From the NCBI GenBank assembly GCA_016867115.1, contig VGKG01000001.1, positions 109,403-173,402 of the forward strand: DNA of 64,000 bases. The letters run 5' to 3'. The position numbers were made by a program, and so were the translations under genes. The DNA comes from Candidatus Omnitrophota bacterium (GTDB lineage: Bacteria > Omnitrophota > Gorgyraeia > Gygaellales > Profunditerraquicolaceae). The notes under the pieces are model-generated. The model saw only the letters and a list, made by a program, of their open reading frames with translations, was not told the DNA's origin and did not search any database. Within the stretch, counting starts at the first letter, position 1, and every line of letters begins with the position of its first letter. Below, one piece after another: positions 42,314-52,122 of the stretch.

Positions 42314-43287
42314 AGGCCTATCCGCTTTCTCACCTGAGCCATCGTATCTTCGGCGATCTCTCTGGCCTTTTTCGCGCCTTCATCCAGTATAGAATGTAAT
42401 CTATCCTTATCCGCAAGCAATTCTGTACGCTTCTCTCTGATGGGCGAGAGGTGACTCACCAGGATCTCGGCGAGTTGGCGTTTGCAATCGGTGCAGCCGA
42501 CCTTAGCCTTACGGCAGAGCTCATCCACTCCGGCTTTCTTCTCCGGGGCAAAGACCGCGTAGTAATTATGCACATTGCACTTTTCCGGATGTCCGGGGTC
42601 AGAGACGCGCACTCTTGCCGGGTCAGTGAACATGTTGCCGATTTTTTTGCGGATCGACTCCGGCTCTTCGGAAAGCGAGATATAATTATTGTAGCTTTTG
42701 CTCATCTTTCTTCCGTCAAGGCCCAGGAGCCGCTGGAACCTGGTCAGGAGCGCTTTCGGCTCCGGGAAATAATCTTCCTTGTAAAGATTATTGAACTTGC
42801 GCACGATCTGGCGGGTCAGTTCCAGGTGCGGCAACTGATCCTCCCCCACCGGCACAGTCTCCGCTCTGTAGAGCAGGATGTCTGCCGCCTGTAGGACCGG
42901 ATAACCCAGGAATCCGTAAGTGTGCAACTCCCGGTTTTTCAGTTCCCGCAGCTGCTCTTTATAGGTAGGGCAACGCTCAAGGAGCCCGAGGGGGGTGATC
43001 ACGGAGAAAACTATGTACAATTCAAGATGTTCCTTGATCTGGGACTGGATGAAGATGACGGATTTTTTCGGGTCTATGCCGCAGGCAAGCCAGTCCGCGA
43101 CCATCTCCAGGCTGTTGGTTTTCAGGCCCGCAGGGTCCTCGTATTCGGACATCAATGCATGCCAGTCCGCGACCATGAAGAAACAGCTGTATTCCTCCTG
43201 CAGCTTGATCCAGTTGTCCAGCGCTCCGACCAGGTGCCCCAGGTGGAGCTTTCCCGTCGGCCGCATGCCGCTCAGTATCCTTTTCAT
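42310..43287 (-). CDS. trpS: Tryptophan--tRNA ligase (start trimmed to MKRILSGMRPTG)
   Basis: HIGH-type motif TGKLHLGH and KMSKS motif; approximately 325 aa. Confidence 0.9.
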   Translation of the reverse strand: MKRILSGMRPTGKLHLGHLVGALDNWIKLQEEYSCFFMVADWHALMSEYEDPAGLKTNSLEMVADWLACGIDPKKSVIFIQSQIKEHLELYIVFSVITPLGLLERCPTYKEQLRELKNRELHTYGFLGYPVLQAADILLYRAETVPVGEDQLPHLELTRQIVRKFNNLYKEDYFPEPKALLTRFQRLLGLDGRKMSKSYNNYISLSEEPESIRKKIGNMFTDPARVRVSDPGHPEKCNVHNYYAVFAPEKKAGVDELCRKAKVGCTDCKRQLAEILVSHLSPIREKRTELLADKDRLHSILDEGAKKAREIAEDTMAQVRKRIGL

Positions 43288-43291
43288 GCTC

Positions 43292-43355
43292 GCTTTCCTG
43301 CGCACACTTACGTGTGCGGTATCCTTTTCTGAAACATTCCCCGCACGTAAGTACG
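43292..43355 (-). promoter_or_regulatory. Two adjacent GC-rich hairpins between the infB stop and the trpS start
   Basis: mRNA sense CCCCGTACTTACGTGCGGGG and CCGCACACGTAAGTGTGCGC, with mutually complementary loop cores ACTTACGT and ACGTAAGT. No U-tract follows either one. Confidence 0.3.
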
Positions 43356-43358
43356 GGG

Positions 43359-45536
43359 TTACAACTTCCGTGCTATTTTCTCTATCTCGTAGGCTTCAAT
43401 GACATCGCCTTCCGCAAGCTGGTCAAATCCAGCTACTGCCATGCCGCATTCAAACCCCTCCTGAACCTCGCGCACATCGTCTTTAAAGCGTTTCAGGGAG
43501 GAGAGCTTGCCCTCAAAGACTTCCTGGCCGTTGCGCACGACGCTGACGTTCGCCGTCCGGTTAAACTTACCCTTACTGACGAAGCATCCCGCAACCGTGC
43601 CTGCCCTGGAGAGCTTAAAGACCTTACGCACCTCGGCGCGGCCAAGGAAGACCTTCTTAAGTTTTGGCTCAAGCATCCCTTCGATAGCCGCCCGGATCTC
43701 ATTGGCCAGCTCATAGATGATGTTATAACTCTTTATTTCAACGCCTTCTTTCTCCACCAGCAATTTTGCCGGCTCGTCGATTACGACATTAAACCCTAAG
43801 ATGAGGGCGTTTGAAGCCGATGCCAGGATCACGTCCGAAGAATTGATATTGCCGATCCCGGAATGGATGATCTCGATCTTGATCTCTGAGACCGGGAGCT
43901 TATCCAGGGTGTCCTTGATCGCCTCAAGCGAGCCCTGCACATCCGCTTTAATGATGAGTTTCAGCTCCTTGATCTTGCCTTCCTCTATCTGGGCGTGCAG
44001 GTCTTCAAGGCTGATCTTCTTGATCGCCTTTATCTGCTGCTGCCTCAGGCCCTCTTCTCTGGAGGCGGCCAGGGCCCTGGCCTGCTTTTCGTCGGAGACC
44101 ACAAAGAACGGTTCGCCTGCCTCAGGGACACCGGAGATGCCCAGTACCTCCACCGGCACCCCGGGAGTCGCAGCAGTCACGGAATGCCCCCGGTCATCGA
44201 ACATCGCCCGGATCTTTCCGTAAAGCGAGCCCACGATGATATTTTCATTAAGACGCAAAGTGCCGTTCTGGACTAAAAGGGTGGCTACCGGGCCCTTGCC
44301 CTTGGCCATCTTGGCCTCGATGACTACGCCCTTTGCCTCCCGGTTGGGATTTGCCTTTAATTCCAGCATCTGCGCCTCAAGGAGCATCATCTCAAGCAGA
44401 TTGTCGATACCCTGCCCGGTCTTTGCCGATACTCCGACGGTGATCGTCTTTCCTCCCCAGTCTTCGGGGTTAAGCCCGTATTCGGCAAGCTGCTTTTTCA
44501 CCCGGTCAGGGCTTGCGCCCGGTTTATCCATCTTATTTATGGCTACCACTATCGGCACACCCGCTGCCTTGGCGTGGTCAATAGCTTCTATAGTCTGGGG
44601 CATGATCCCGTCATCCGCAGCCACCACCAGCACCACGACGTCAGTGACGCTGGCGCCGCGGCTGCGCATGGCAGTAAAGGCTTCGTGGCCCGGGGTATCC
44701 AAAAAGGTGATCTCACCATGAGCAAGACGCACGCGGTAGGCCCCAATATGCTGGGTAATGCCGCCGAACTCTGCCTCCGCGACCTTGGTCTTTCTGATCG
44801 CATCCAAGAGAGAGGTCTTACCGTGGTCAACATGGCCCATAATGGTCACGATGGGAGCGCGCGGTTTCAGGTCTTTGGGGTTATCCGGAGCCTGATGCAT
44901 CTCTAAAGCCGCCTCTTCCCGGGTGGGCGCCTGCTTGATCTTAAAGCGGTATTTCTGGCTTAACTTATTTACTGTCGATTCATCCAGCGGCTGATTTATC
45001 CCGACCATGATCCCCAGATCCATCAGGGACTTGATGATCAAAGACGGCTTCTCCTGCAGTTTTATTGACAGGTCTTTGACATTGACCGGAAGCTCAAGCT
45101 CGATTTCTTTCAGCTCAACCGGTTTTATTTCTGCCGGTTTAGGGAGAACCGCCGGCTCTGCTGCTTTCGGCGCTTCTGCTTTTGGGGCCGGAGGTTTAGG
45201 CGGGACGATCTTAGGCGCTACTTTCACTTCGGCGGCTTTCGGCGCTGCCGGCTTCTCGGTAACCTTTACTTCGGGCTTTGGCGCTACAACTTCAGGTTTC
45301 AGCGCGACGGCAACGGCCTTCGGTTTTTCCTCGGCAACGGGAGCAACCGCAGCTTTTTCCTTCTTTGGCGCCGGCTTTAACTTAACCGGAGCCGGACTTT
45401 TTTCCCTGGCCGCAGGTTTTGCTTTAGGTTTTGCCGCCGCTTTCGGCGCAGGCTTAAGCTTGGCCGCCTTGACAGCCGCCTTTTTTACCGTCGGAGTTTT
45501 TTCTTTCTTTTTGGATTCCTTTTTTGTCTTTACCAT
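43359..45536 (-). CDS. infB: Translation initiation factor IF-2
   Basis: G-domain motifs [13 protein letters not shown] and NKMD; Lys/Ala/Pro-rich low-complexity N-terminus; 725 aa. Confidence 0.95.
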   Translation of the reverse strand: MVKTKKESKKKEKTPTVKKAAVKAAKLKPAPKAAAKPKAKPAAREKSPAPVKLKPAPKKEKAAVAPVAEEKPKAVAVALKPEVVAPKPEVKVTEKPAAPKAAEVKVAPKIVPPKPPAPKAEAPKAAEPAVLPKPAEIKPVELKEIELELPVNVKDLSIKLQEKPSLIIKSLMDLGIMVGINQPLDESTVNKLSQKYRFKIKQAPTREEAALEMHQAPDNPKDLKPRAPIVTIMGHVDHGKTSLLDAIRKTKVAEAEFGGITQHIGAYRVRLAHGEITFLDTPGHEAFTAMRSRGASVTDVVVLVVAADDGIMPQTIEAIDHAKAAGVPIVVAINKMDKPGASPDRVKKQLAEYGLNPEDWGGKTITVGVSAKTGQGIDNLLEMMLLEAQMLELKANPNREAKGVVIEAKMAKGKGPVATLLVQNGTLRLNENIIVGSLYGKIRAMFDDRGHSVTAATPGVPVEVLGISGVPEAGEPFFVVSDEKQARALAASREEGLRQQQIKAIKKISLEDLHAQIEEGKIKELKLIIKADVQGSLEAIKDTLDKLPVSEIKIEIIHSGIGNINSSDVILASASNALILGFNVVIDEPAKLLVEKEGVEIKSYNIIYELANEIRAAIEGMLEPKLKKVFLGRAEVRKVFKLSRAGTVAGCFVSKGKFNRTANVSVVRNGQEVFEGKLSSLKRFKDDVREVQEGFECGMAVAGFDQLAEGDVIEAYEIEKIARKL

Positions 45537-45550
45537 AAAGATCCTTTTAA

Positions 45551-46822
45551 TTATCCTTTCAGTTCCCTTGCCTCTTCAATTAATTTCTCCGCCTTCTTGG
45601 CGCCGATACCCTTTACCTGGGTCAGGTCTTCGGGTTTTGCCGCAATAATATCATCCAGGGTCTTGAAACCGGCTTCTTTAAGGGCGGCTTGAGTCTTCTC
45701 TCCCACACCGGGAAGATCCTCTAAACCTGCCTGGGCTTTCGCCTTTTCTTTTGCTTTTTCTTTTGTTTTTGTTTTTTTACGGCCCCGCTTTGCGGCAATA
45801 ACCTCTTCGCCGGAGGCAACCTCTTCAACGGGGGCCTCCTCTTTTTTCGCCTCAGCTTCGGCTTTGGCCGCTTCCGCTTCCAGTGCGGTCTTGGTGCGGA
45901 TATCCAGTTCCCAGCCGATCAGGCGCGAAGCCAGCCGCACATTCTGGCCGTGTTTACCGATAGCCAGAGAAAGCTGATCATCCGCCACGATCACTACCGC
46001 CTTCTGATGCTCCTTATCCAGGCGGATCTCGGATACTTCAGCCGGCGAAAGGGCAGCCTTGATGTACTCCCGAATATCTTCATTATAGCGCACTATGTCT
46101 ATTTTTTCACCCTGTAATTCATTGACGATATTGCGCACACGGTTGCCGCGCATGCCGACACAGGCGCCTACCGAATCCACCTTTTCATTCTTTGACCAGA
46201 CCGCGATCTTGGTGCGTTCGCCCGGCTGGCGCGAGATGGATTTTACCTCTACTATGCCTTCGTATATTTCAGGGACCTCCAGCTCAAAAAGCTTCTTTAC
46301 GAAATTAGGGTGCGTGCGCGAAAGGATGATCTGGGCACCCCTGAGCTCCCTCTTTACCTCCGCGACATAGGCGCGGATGCGCTGGCCCTGTTTGAACTCC
46401 TCTTTCGGGCTCTGCTCGCGCCTAAGCAGCATGCCTTCGGCCTTGCCCAGAAGGTCAACGATGATATTGCCTTTTTCAAAGCGATAGACTGTTCCGCTGA
46501 CGATCTCGCCGACCTTCCCCTGAAACTCTCCAAAGACCACGTCTTTTTCCGCCTCGCGCAGTTTCTGGATGATCACCTGGCGCGCGGTCGAGGCGGCAAT
46601 GCGGCCGAAATCCAGGGAAGTAATCTCCTTCTCGTCGCGGAAAGCGCGGATCTTACCGGTCTCGGGGTTAAGCTCGATCCTTAACTGCTCCTCCGGTTTG
46701 ATATCGATGATCTTTTTGACCGCGCTTAAAAGCGCGCTCTCTATCGCCTCGATGAGGACTTCCCTCTTTATTCCTTTTTCTCTTTCGATCTGTTCAATGA
46801 TCGACAGCAGTTCCTGACTCAT
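45551..46822 (-). CDS. nusA: Transcription termination/antitermination factor NusA
   Basis: S1 and KH domains and a C-terminal helix-hairpin-helix region with a KAEAEAKKEE acidic linker; 423 aa. Confidence 0.95.
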   Translation of the reverse strand: MSQELLSIIEQIEREKGIKREVLIEAIESALLSAVKKIIDIKPEEQLRIELNPETGKIRAFRDEKEITSLDFGRIAASTARQVIIQKLREAEKDVVFGEFQGKVGEIVSGTVYRFEKGNIIVDLLGKAEGMLLRREQSPKEEFKQGQRIRAYVAEVKRELRGAQIILSRTHPNFVKKLFELEVPEIYEGIVEVKSISRQPGERTKIAVWSKNEKVDSVGACVGMRGNRVRNIVNELQGEKIDIVRYNEDIREYIKAALSPAEVSEIRLDKEHQKAVVIVADDQLSLAIGKHGQNVRLASRLIGWELDIRTKTALEAEAAKAEAEAKKEEAPVEEVASGEEVIAAKRGRKKTKTKEKAKEKAKAQAGLEDLPGVGEKTQAALKEAGFKTLDDIIAAKPEDLTQVKGIGAKKAEKLIEEARELKG

Positions 46823-46850
46823 TTTTCACTCCTGGTAAAGTGTTATGTTT

Positions 46851-46927
46851 GATTACGCAGATTTATTTAGATTACACAGATTAGAATTTTTAATCTGTGT
46901 AATCTACGCTTTTTAATCTGTGTAATC
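46851..46927. repeat. Nested palindrome of four 14-15-nt GATTAC(A/G)CAGATTA units (two forward, two inverted) in the rimP-nusA intergenic leader
   Basis: Units at 46851-46865, 46870-46883, 46891-46904 and 46914-46927. The inner pair is a perfect 14-bp inverted repeat with a 7-nt spacer; the outer pair has one mismatch. Confidence 0.55.
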
Positions 46928-46950
46928 ATCAATATAGTTTTTATGGGTTA

Positions 46951-47409
46951 TTAGATTAACTGTTTTGCCCGGTTGATCTTTGAAAAAGGCACTTCCAGGC
47001 TCTCTCCGTCAGTCTCAATAGTGACTGCCGTATCCGTAACGCCGGTGATCGTGCCCTCGGACTCCCAGACGCCGTTGATCGGCTCTTTTAAAAAAATCTT
47101 CACGTTCCTGTAGATGCAGCGCGAAAAATCGTTCCTGGTCAAAAGCGGCCGGTCAATACCGGGGCTTGAGACCTCAAGGATATACTTCTCCTGCAGGATA
47201 CCCTTTTCATCCAGCATCAGGCTGATCGCCTCATTCAGAAGCGCGCACTCTTCCAGGGTTATCCCGCCTTCGGGTTTGTCCGCCAGTATCCTCAAGACCA
47301 GGCTGTTTCCCTCGTGGCGAAAGGTCAGGTTCACTAACTCTATATTTTTATCCTTCAGGTATTCTTCGATAGCGATTTTTAGTTCTTCTCTTTTTCTTTC
47401 CCTGTCCAT
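46951..47409 (-). CDS. rimP: Ribosome maturation factor RimP
   Basis: RimP fold motif (LEVSSPGIDRPL); conserved position upstream of nusA-infB; 152 aa. Confidence 0.85.
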   Translation of the reverse strand: MDRERKREELKIAIEEYLKDKNIELVNLTFRHEGNSLVLRILADKPEGGITLEECALLNEAISLMLDEKGILQEKYILEVSSPGIDRPLLTRNDFSRCIYRNVKIFLKEPINGVWESEGTITGVTDTAVTIETDGESLEVPFSKINRAKQLI

Positions 47410-47431
47410 ACATCTCTCCTGGTATAATGTT

Positions 47432-47459
47432 CAGGTATAATTGTAATGCATTATACCTG
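47432..47459. promoter_or_regulatory. 28-nt dyad CAGGTATAAT-tgtaatgc-ATTATACCTG upstream of rimP, embedding a TATAAT box
   Basis: Perfect 10-bp inverted arms. A third GGTATAAT copy lies at 47421-47428. Confidence 0.4.
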
Positions 47460-47483
47460 AATACGATCTTTATAGGATGTCTA

Positions 47484-48776
47484 TTAAACAAGCCGGGCTA
47501 TCTCATCCCGGATCTTCTCCTTGGGCCGGCTCAGTTTCTCCTGGGTCCGGCGTATCTTTAACTCGATACTGTCTCCCTTGATAGACTCCTTGCCGATGAT
47601 CACCTGCAAAGGTATACCCAGAAGGTCCGCGTCCTTGAATTTCACGCCTGCGCGTTCATCGCGGTCATCCAGAAGCACATCAACCCCGGCGTCTCTAAGC
47701 GTCTTGTATACCGAAAGCGCGGTCTCCATAATCTCTTTATTGGTCACATCCAGGGCAAGGATTACGGCTTTGTAAGGAGCGACCTCCTTCGGCCAGATGA
47801 TCCCGTCTTTGTCAAAATTCTGCTCGATCACCGAAGAGATGAGCCGGGAGACCCCGATACCGTAGCAACCCATGATCACCTGTTTTGACTGGCCCTGCGC
47901 ATCCAGGAAATTCGCTCCGAGGCTTGCGCTGTATTTCGTGCCTAACTTGAACACGTGGCCGACCTCAATGCAGTTCACCTTATCCATAGACGAAGAACAC
48001 TTCGGACAATCCTGCTGGTCCCTCTTTTCTTGCGGCTTTTCACAGATCTTTGACTCGACTACCGCTGCCGGAGGAGTATAAGCCTTGGCATATGCGCACT
48101 TGGGGCAGACTAAAACCGTATCTTCACCGTCAGCTGCCGGGACCATAAACTCATGGGAGACCTTTCCTCCCATCACCCCGGAGTCTGCTTCGGTAGTCAC
48201 GATTTTAAGGCCGAGGCGCCTGAAGATGCGCTGATAAGCCTCGTACATCGCCTTATAGTTCCGGTCAAGGCCCTCCTCGTCCCGGTCAAAACTGTAGGCG
48301 TCCTTCATGATGAACTCGCAGGCGCGGATCAGGCCGAAGCGCGGCCTGATCTCGTCGCGGAACTTAGTCTGGATCTGATAAAGGATGACCGGCAATTGCT
48401 TGTAACTTGAGATATGGTTCCTGACTAGGTCCGTGATCACCTCTTCATGAGTGGGGCCAAGACACACTTTGCGCCCGCGGCGGTCGATGAATCTAAACAT
48501 CACTTCGCCGATATCCTTATCGCGGCCTGTCCTCTGCCAGAGCTCAAGCGGCTGAAGCGCAGGAAGCAGGAGTTCTGCCGCAGAGCAGGAATCTAACTCC
48601 TGGCGGATAATATCCTGAATATTATTCAATACGCGGAATCCCAACGGCAGATACGAATAAGCTCCGGCCATAAGCATGCGGATAAATCCCGCGCGTAAGA
48701 GCAGCTGATGCCCGACGGATTCGGCTTCCTGAGGAGTTTCTCTAAGTGTAGGGATAAAGGTCTTTGACCAAAGCAT
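47484..48776 (-). CDS. proS: Proline--tRNA ligase, short form lacking the INS editing domain and carrying a CxxC...CxxC insertion
   Basis: Class II motifs 1-3 and anticodon-binding domain; CPKCAYAKAY...CPKCSSSM between motif 2 and motif 3; 430 aa. Confidence 0.9.
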   Translation of the reverse strand: MLWSKTFIPTLRETPQEAESVGHQLLLRAGFIRMLMAGAYSYLPLGFRVLNNIQDIIRQELDSCSAAELLLPALQPLELWQRTGRDKDIGEVMFRFIDRRGRKVCLGPTHEEVITDLVRNHISSYKQLPVILYQIQTKFRDEIRPRFGLIRACEFIMKDAYSFDRDEEGLDRNYKAMYEAYQRIFRRLGLKIVTTEADSGVMGGKVSHEFMVPAADGEDTVLVCPKCAYAKAYTPPAAVVESKICEKPQEKRDQQDCPKCSSSMDKVNCIEVGHVFKLGTKYSASLGANFLDAQGQSKQVIMGCYGIGVSRLISSVIEQNFDKDGIIWPKEVAPYKAVILALDVTNKEIMETALSVYKTLRDAGVDVLLDDRDERAGVKFKDADLLGIPLQVIIGKESIKGDSIELKIRRTQEKLSRPKEKIRDEIARLV

Positions 48777-48778
48777 TT

Positions 48779-49861
48779 CTATTCCTCTAGTTCTGATAAA
48801 AGGTTATCTACGCACTTACTGAAAGAAACCTTCTTTGCAGCCTTGCCTTTTTTAAATAAGAGACCTTCTTTTTTACCGAAGGCAATCCCCGCGTCTGCCT
48901 CCCGGGCTTCACCGGGGCCGTTCACAACGCAGCCCATTAACGCCACTTTCAGTGGCCGCGCACCGTTAACCGTGTACCGCTTACCGTCCAATGCAATTTT
49001 ATTTTCTAATTCCTTAACAGCCCTTACCAGGTCCACTTCGCACCGGCCGCAGGTAGGGCAGCTGACGATCTGCGGGCCGAAGGAGCGTAATTCCAGGGCC
49101 TCAAGGACCGCCCTCGCCGCCTTTACCTCTTCAGCCGGCTTGTCAGTAAGCGAGATGCGGATCGTATCGCCTATGCCCTCAAGCAGAAGTGCGCCGATAG
49201 CAATGCCCGATTTTATCGCTCCCTGAAAAGGAAGCCCCGTCGCAGTCACGCCCAGATGCAGGGGATAATCGCAGATTTTAGAGAACTTACGGTAGGCCTC
49301 TAATGTATCCAGGACATTATTCGCCTTTAAGGAGACCGCAATATCGTAAAACTTAAATCCTTCGAGGATCTTTATATAACCCAGCGCGCTCTCTACCAGG
49401 ATATCCGCAAAACTCTCGTGACGTTGTGACGCTGTGGCCTGGTGGCCCTTTACAGAACCGGAATTCACTCCCACCCTTATCGGAATCCTGTTCTGCTTTG
49501 CGGCAGCAGCTATTTCGCGGATCTCATTTTTCTTAAAAATATTCCCGGGGTTCAGCCGGATCTTGTCCGCTCCCGAATCGATTGCCGCCATCGCCAGGCG
49601 CCAGGAGAAATGTATGTCTGCGACAAGAGGCAGCCTAGTTTTGCGCCTGAGCGCTTTTATGGTGCGGGCATCTGACTCATCCTTTACTGCCAGGCGCACG
49701 ATCTCGCATCCTGCGCGGTCAAGTTCTTCAATCTGCTTTAATGTGGCTCTGACATCGGAGGTCTTGGTCTTGACCATGGACTGGATCGCAACCGGATAAT
49801 TCCCTCCGATAGCGACACCGCCGATTTTGATAATTTTCGTTTTACGTCTTATGATCTTCAT
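48779..49861 (-). CDS. ispG: 4-hydroxy-3-methylbut-2-enyl diphosphate synthase
   Basis: GcpE TIM-barrel plus the 4Fe-4S Cys cluster (CPTCGRC...C); 360 aa. Confidence 0.9.
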   Translation of the reverse strand: MKIIRRKTKIIKIGGVAIGGNYPVAIQSMVKTKTSDVRATLKQIEELDRAGCEIVRLAVKDESDARTIKALRRKTRLPLVADIHFSWRLAMAAIDSGADKIRLNPGNIFKKNEIREIAAAAKQNRIPIRVGVNSGSVKGHQATASQRHESFADILVESALGYIKILEGFKFYDIAVSLKANNVLDTLEAYRKFSKICDYPLHLGVTATGLPFQGAIKSGIAIGALLLEGIGDTIRISLTDKPAEEVKAARAVLEALELRSFGPQIVSCPTCGRCEVDLVRAVKELENKIALDGKRYTVNGARPLKVALMGCVVNGPGEAREADAGIAFGKKEGLLFKKGKAAKKVSFSKCVDNLLSELEE

Positions 49862-49864
49862 CTC

Positions 49865-50962
49865 TCATCTAAAAAGTTTACTTATCTTATCACCGAAAAG
49901 CCGCATGATGTCGTTATAGCTGATAAATACGGCCAAAAATATGATCAGCGAAACTCCGATCCGGGTGATCAGGCGTTCTGCCGTGACACCCAGGGCCTTG
50001 CCGCGCAGTTTCTCTAAACCTAAAAACAGGATATGGCCGCCGTCAAGTATCGGCAGCGGCAGAAGGTTGAATATGGCGAGGCTCAAGGATAATACCGCCA
50101 CAAGGTGCAGGACTGCGGATACCCCGCGCCTGGCTGCCTTTGAGGTGATATCGTAAATACCTAACGGCCCGGTCATGGACTCGCGGATGGATAACTTTCC
50201 GGTGATCATACCCCAGAGGCCTTTATAAGTCAGGATAGTCAGGTCCCAGGTCCTTTTTGCGCCTAAGGCGATCGATTCCAGGGGGCCGTGGCGTACGATC
50301 ACAACTTCATCGGCGGGCACGATCCCGATCAGCCCGATACTATGCTTTTTCCCCAAATGATCCTGCACCTCTTTCTGCCTGACCATTACCTCCCGTTTGA
50401 ACTCTTCCCGGCCGCGGCTGACTAAAAGCTCCACCGTCTCGGCTTCTTTTTTATCCTGCACGAACTTCTGCAGGTCTTCGAAGAAACGGACCTCTTTGCC
50501 GTCTACGGCGAGGATTTTATCCCCGGGTTCAAGGCCTGCGGCTTTGGCGCCGTAATCGTCAAGAAGGGCGCCTATCTTGGTGGTAAGCACGGGAAGCCCA
50601 GTGAAAAAAATGGCCCAGAAGACCAGAAACGCCAGGATATAATTAAGCACCGGGCCGGAAAAGATGATCCAAAACCTTTTTCCCGGGCTCTGCGCCAGGT
50701 ATTCGTCCGGTTTGCCGACACACTCTTCAAGGCTGTCGCCGGCAAGTTTGACGAATCCGCCAAACGGTACGGCAGAAAGGCAATATTCGGTATCGCCCTT
50801 CCTCTTCTTGAAAAGAGGCCGGCCCAACCCCACCGAGAACTTTTCTACGCGCACCCCGGTCCTCTTAGCGGCGATGAAGTGGCCGAACTCATGCACGACG
50901 ATGAGGATGCCGAAGATAAAAAGAAAAATGGAAAAATGGTAAAGGTTCAACAGTATAGACAT
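49865..50962 (-). CDS. rseP: Site-2 (RIP) zinc metalloprotease RseP
   Basis: HEFGHF motif in the first transmembrane helix, PDZ domain, LDG motif; 365 aa. Confidence 0.85.
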   Translation of the reverse strand: MSILLNLYHFSIFLFIFGILIVVHEFGHFIAAKRTGVRVEKFSVGLGRPLFKKRKGDTEYCLSAVPFGGFVKLAGDSLEECVGKPDEYLAQSPGKRFWIIFSGPVLNYILAFLVFWAIFFTGLPVLTTKIGALLDDYGAKAAGLEPGDKILAVDGKEVRFFEDLQKFVQDKKEAETVELLVSRGREEFKREVMVRQKEVQDHLGKKHSIGLIGIVPADEVVIVRHGPLESIALGAKRTWDLTILTYKGLWGMITGKLSIRESMTGPLGIYDITSKAARRGVSAVLHLVAVLSLSLAIFNLLPLPILDGGHILFLGLEKLRGKALGVTAERLITRIGVSLIIFLAVFISYNDIMRLFGDKISKLFR

Positions 50963-50963
50963 T

Positions 50964-52121
50964 TTATGGCCTCAACTCCCCGATTATCCTGCGGGCCTCT
51001 TCTCTTGCCCGAGCGTCCGCCTTAAAGACCTCCTCCAGGTCCGGATTGAAGCGGTTGCGGTGCGCGCTTAAGACTTTTTCGATCACTTGCGGTATCGCGC
51101 TGAATCCGAGCCTCCCCTTCAGGAACTCCCCAACGCTTACTTCGTTAGCCGCGTTCAGCGCCGCGGGCATGGTGCCGGAATCCCGGGCTGCCTGATAAGC
51201 CAGCCCCAGGCAGGGAAAACGCCCGAAGTCCGGAGCCTCAAAGTGCAATTTCTTAAGACGGTAGAAATCTATTCCGGGCAGGGAATTAGAAAGCCGCTCC
51301 GGATATGAAAGCGCGTACTGTATGGGTATGCGCATGTCCGTGGCGGAGAGCTGCGCCAGCACCACCCCGTCCACAAACTCGACCAGAGAATGCACCAGCG
51401 CCTCCGGATGTATCAGGACCTTTATCTTTTCATGGGGCACGCCGAAAAGGAACATCGCCTCAAGAAGCTCTAATCCCTTATTCATCAGGGTCGCGGAATC
51501 CACGCTGATCTTCCTACCCATCTTCCAGCGCGGATGCGCAAGCACCCGTTTTAGCGAAATCTTTTTCAGGTCCCTTCCGGATGCCCTTCTCAAGGGGCCG
51601 CCGGAAGCAGTCAGGTAAATGTTTTTGATCCGGCCGGTATCTCTGCCCTCCAGGCACTGCCAGATCGCGGATTGTTCGCTGTCCACCGGAATGATCCTGG
51701 CTTTATATTCGTTCGCCTTGCGCATGACCAGGGGGCCGGCTGAGACGATCGCTTCCTTATTCGCAAGAGCGACCTGCCTGCCGTTTTCAATAGCTTTTAT
51801 TAACGGCTTAAGCGCGGCAAAGCCGCTGATGGCCATGACCACTTCTTCTGCCTGAGGCAGCCCGGCGAGCTCCTCTAATCCTTCTTCGCCAAAGAGGAGC
51901 CGGATGCCCTCAGGCAGCTTACCCTTCAACTTCTCTGCGGCTTCGGGGTCTGCCACACAGACCCGTTCGGGCAGAAACTCCTTTGCCTGGCTTAACAATA
52001 AAGCGGTATTGGAGTTTGCACTCAGGGCCAGGACCCGGAACCGGTCCGGAAAGTGCCGGACCACCTCCAGCGCATTCTGGCCGATAGAGCCGGTAGAACC
52101 TAAAATAACGATCTTCTTCAC
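50964..52121 (-). CDS. dxr: 1-deoxy-D-xylulose 5-phosphate reductoisomerase
   Basis: N-terminal GSTGSIG NADPH motif; full-length DXR; 385 aa. Confidence 0.9.
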   Translation of the reverse strand: MKKIVILGSTGSIGQNALEVVRHFPDRFRVLALSANSNTALLLSQAKEFLPERVCVADPEAAEKLKGKLPEGIRLLFGEEGLEELAGLPQAEEVVMAISGFAALKPLIKAIENGRQVALANKEAIVSAGPLVMRKANEYKARIIPVDSEQSAIWQCLEGRDTGRIKNIYLTASGGPLRRASGRDLKKISLKRVLAHPRWKMGRKISVDSATLMNKGLELLEAMFLFGVPHEKIKVLIHPEALVHSLVEFVDGVVLAQLSATDMRIPIQYALSYPERLSNSLPGIDFYRLKKLHFEAPDFGRFPCLGLAYQAARDSGTMPAALNAANEVSVGEFLKGRLGFSAIPQVIEKVLSAHRNRFNPDLEEVFKADARAREEARRIIGELRP

Positions 52122-52122
52122 G

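Noticed and set aside
46823-46950. Possible tRNA (metY-like) upstream of nusA, as in the E. coli metY-rimP-nusA-infB operon
   Set aside because: The 128-nt spacer is A/T-rich and repeat-built, with no T-loop GTTC or acceptor-stem features. Gene order here is rimP then nusA, and the spacer sits between them, not upstream of rimP.
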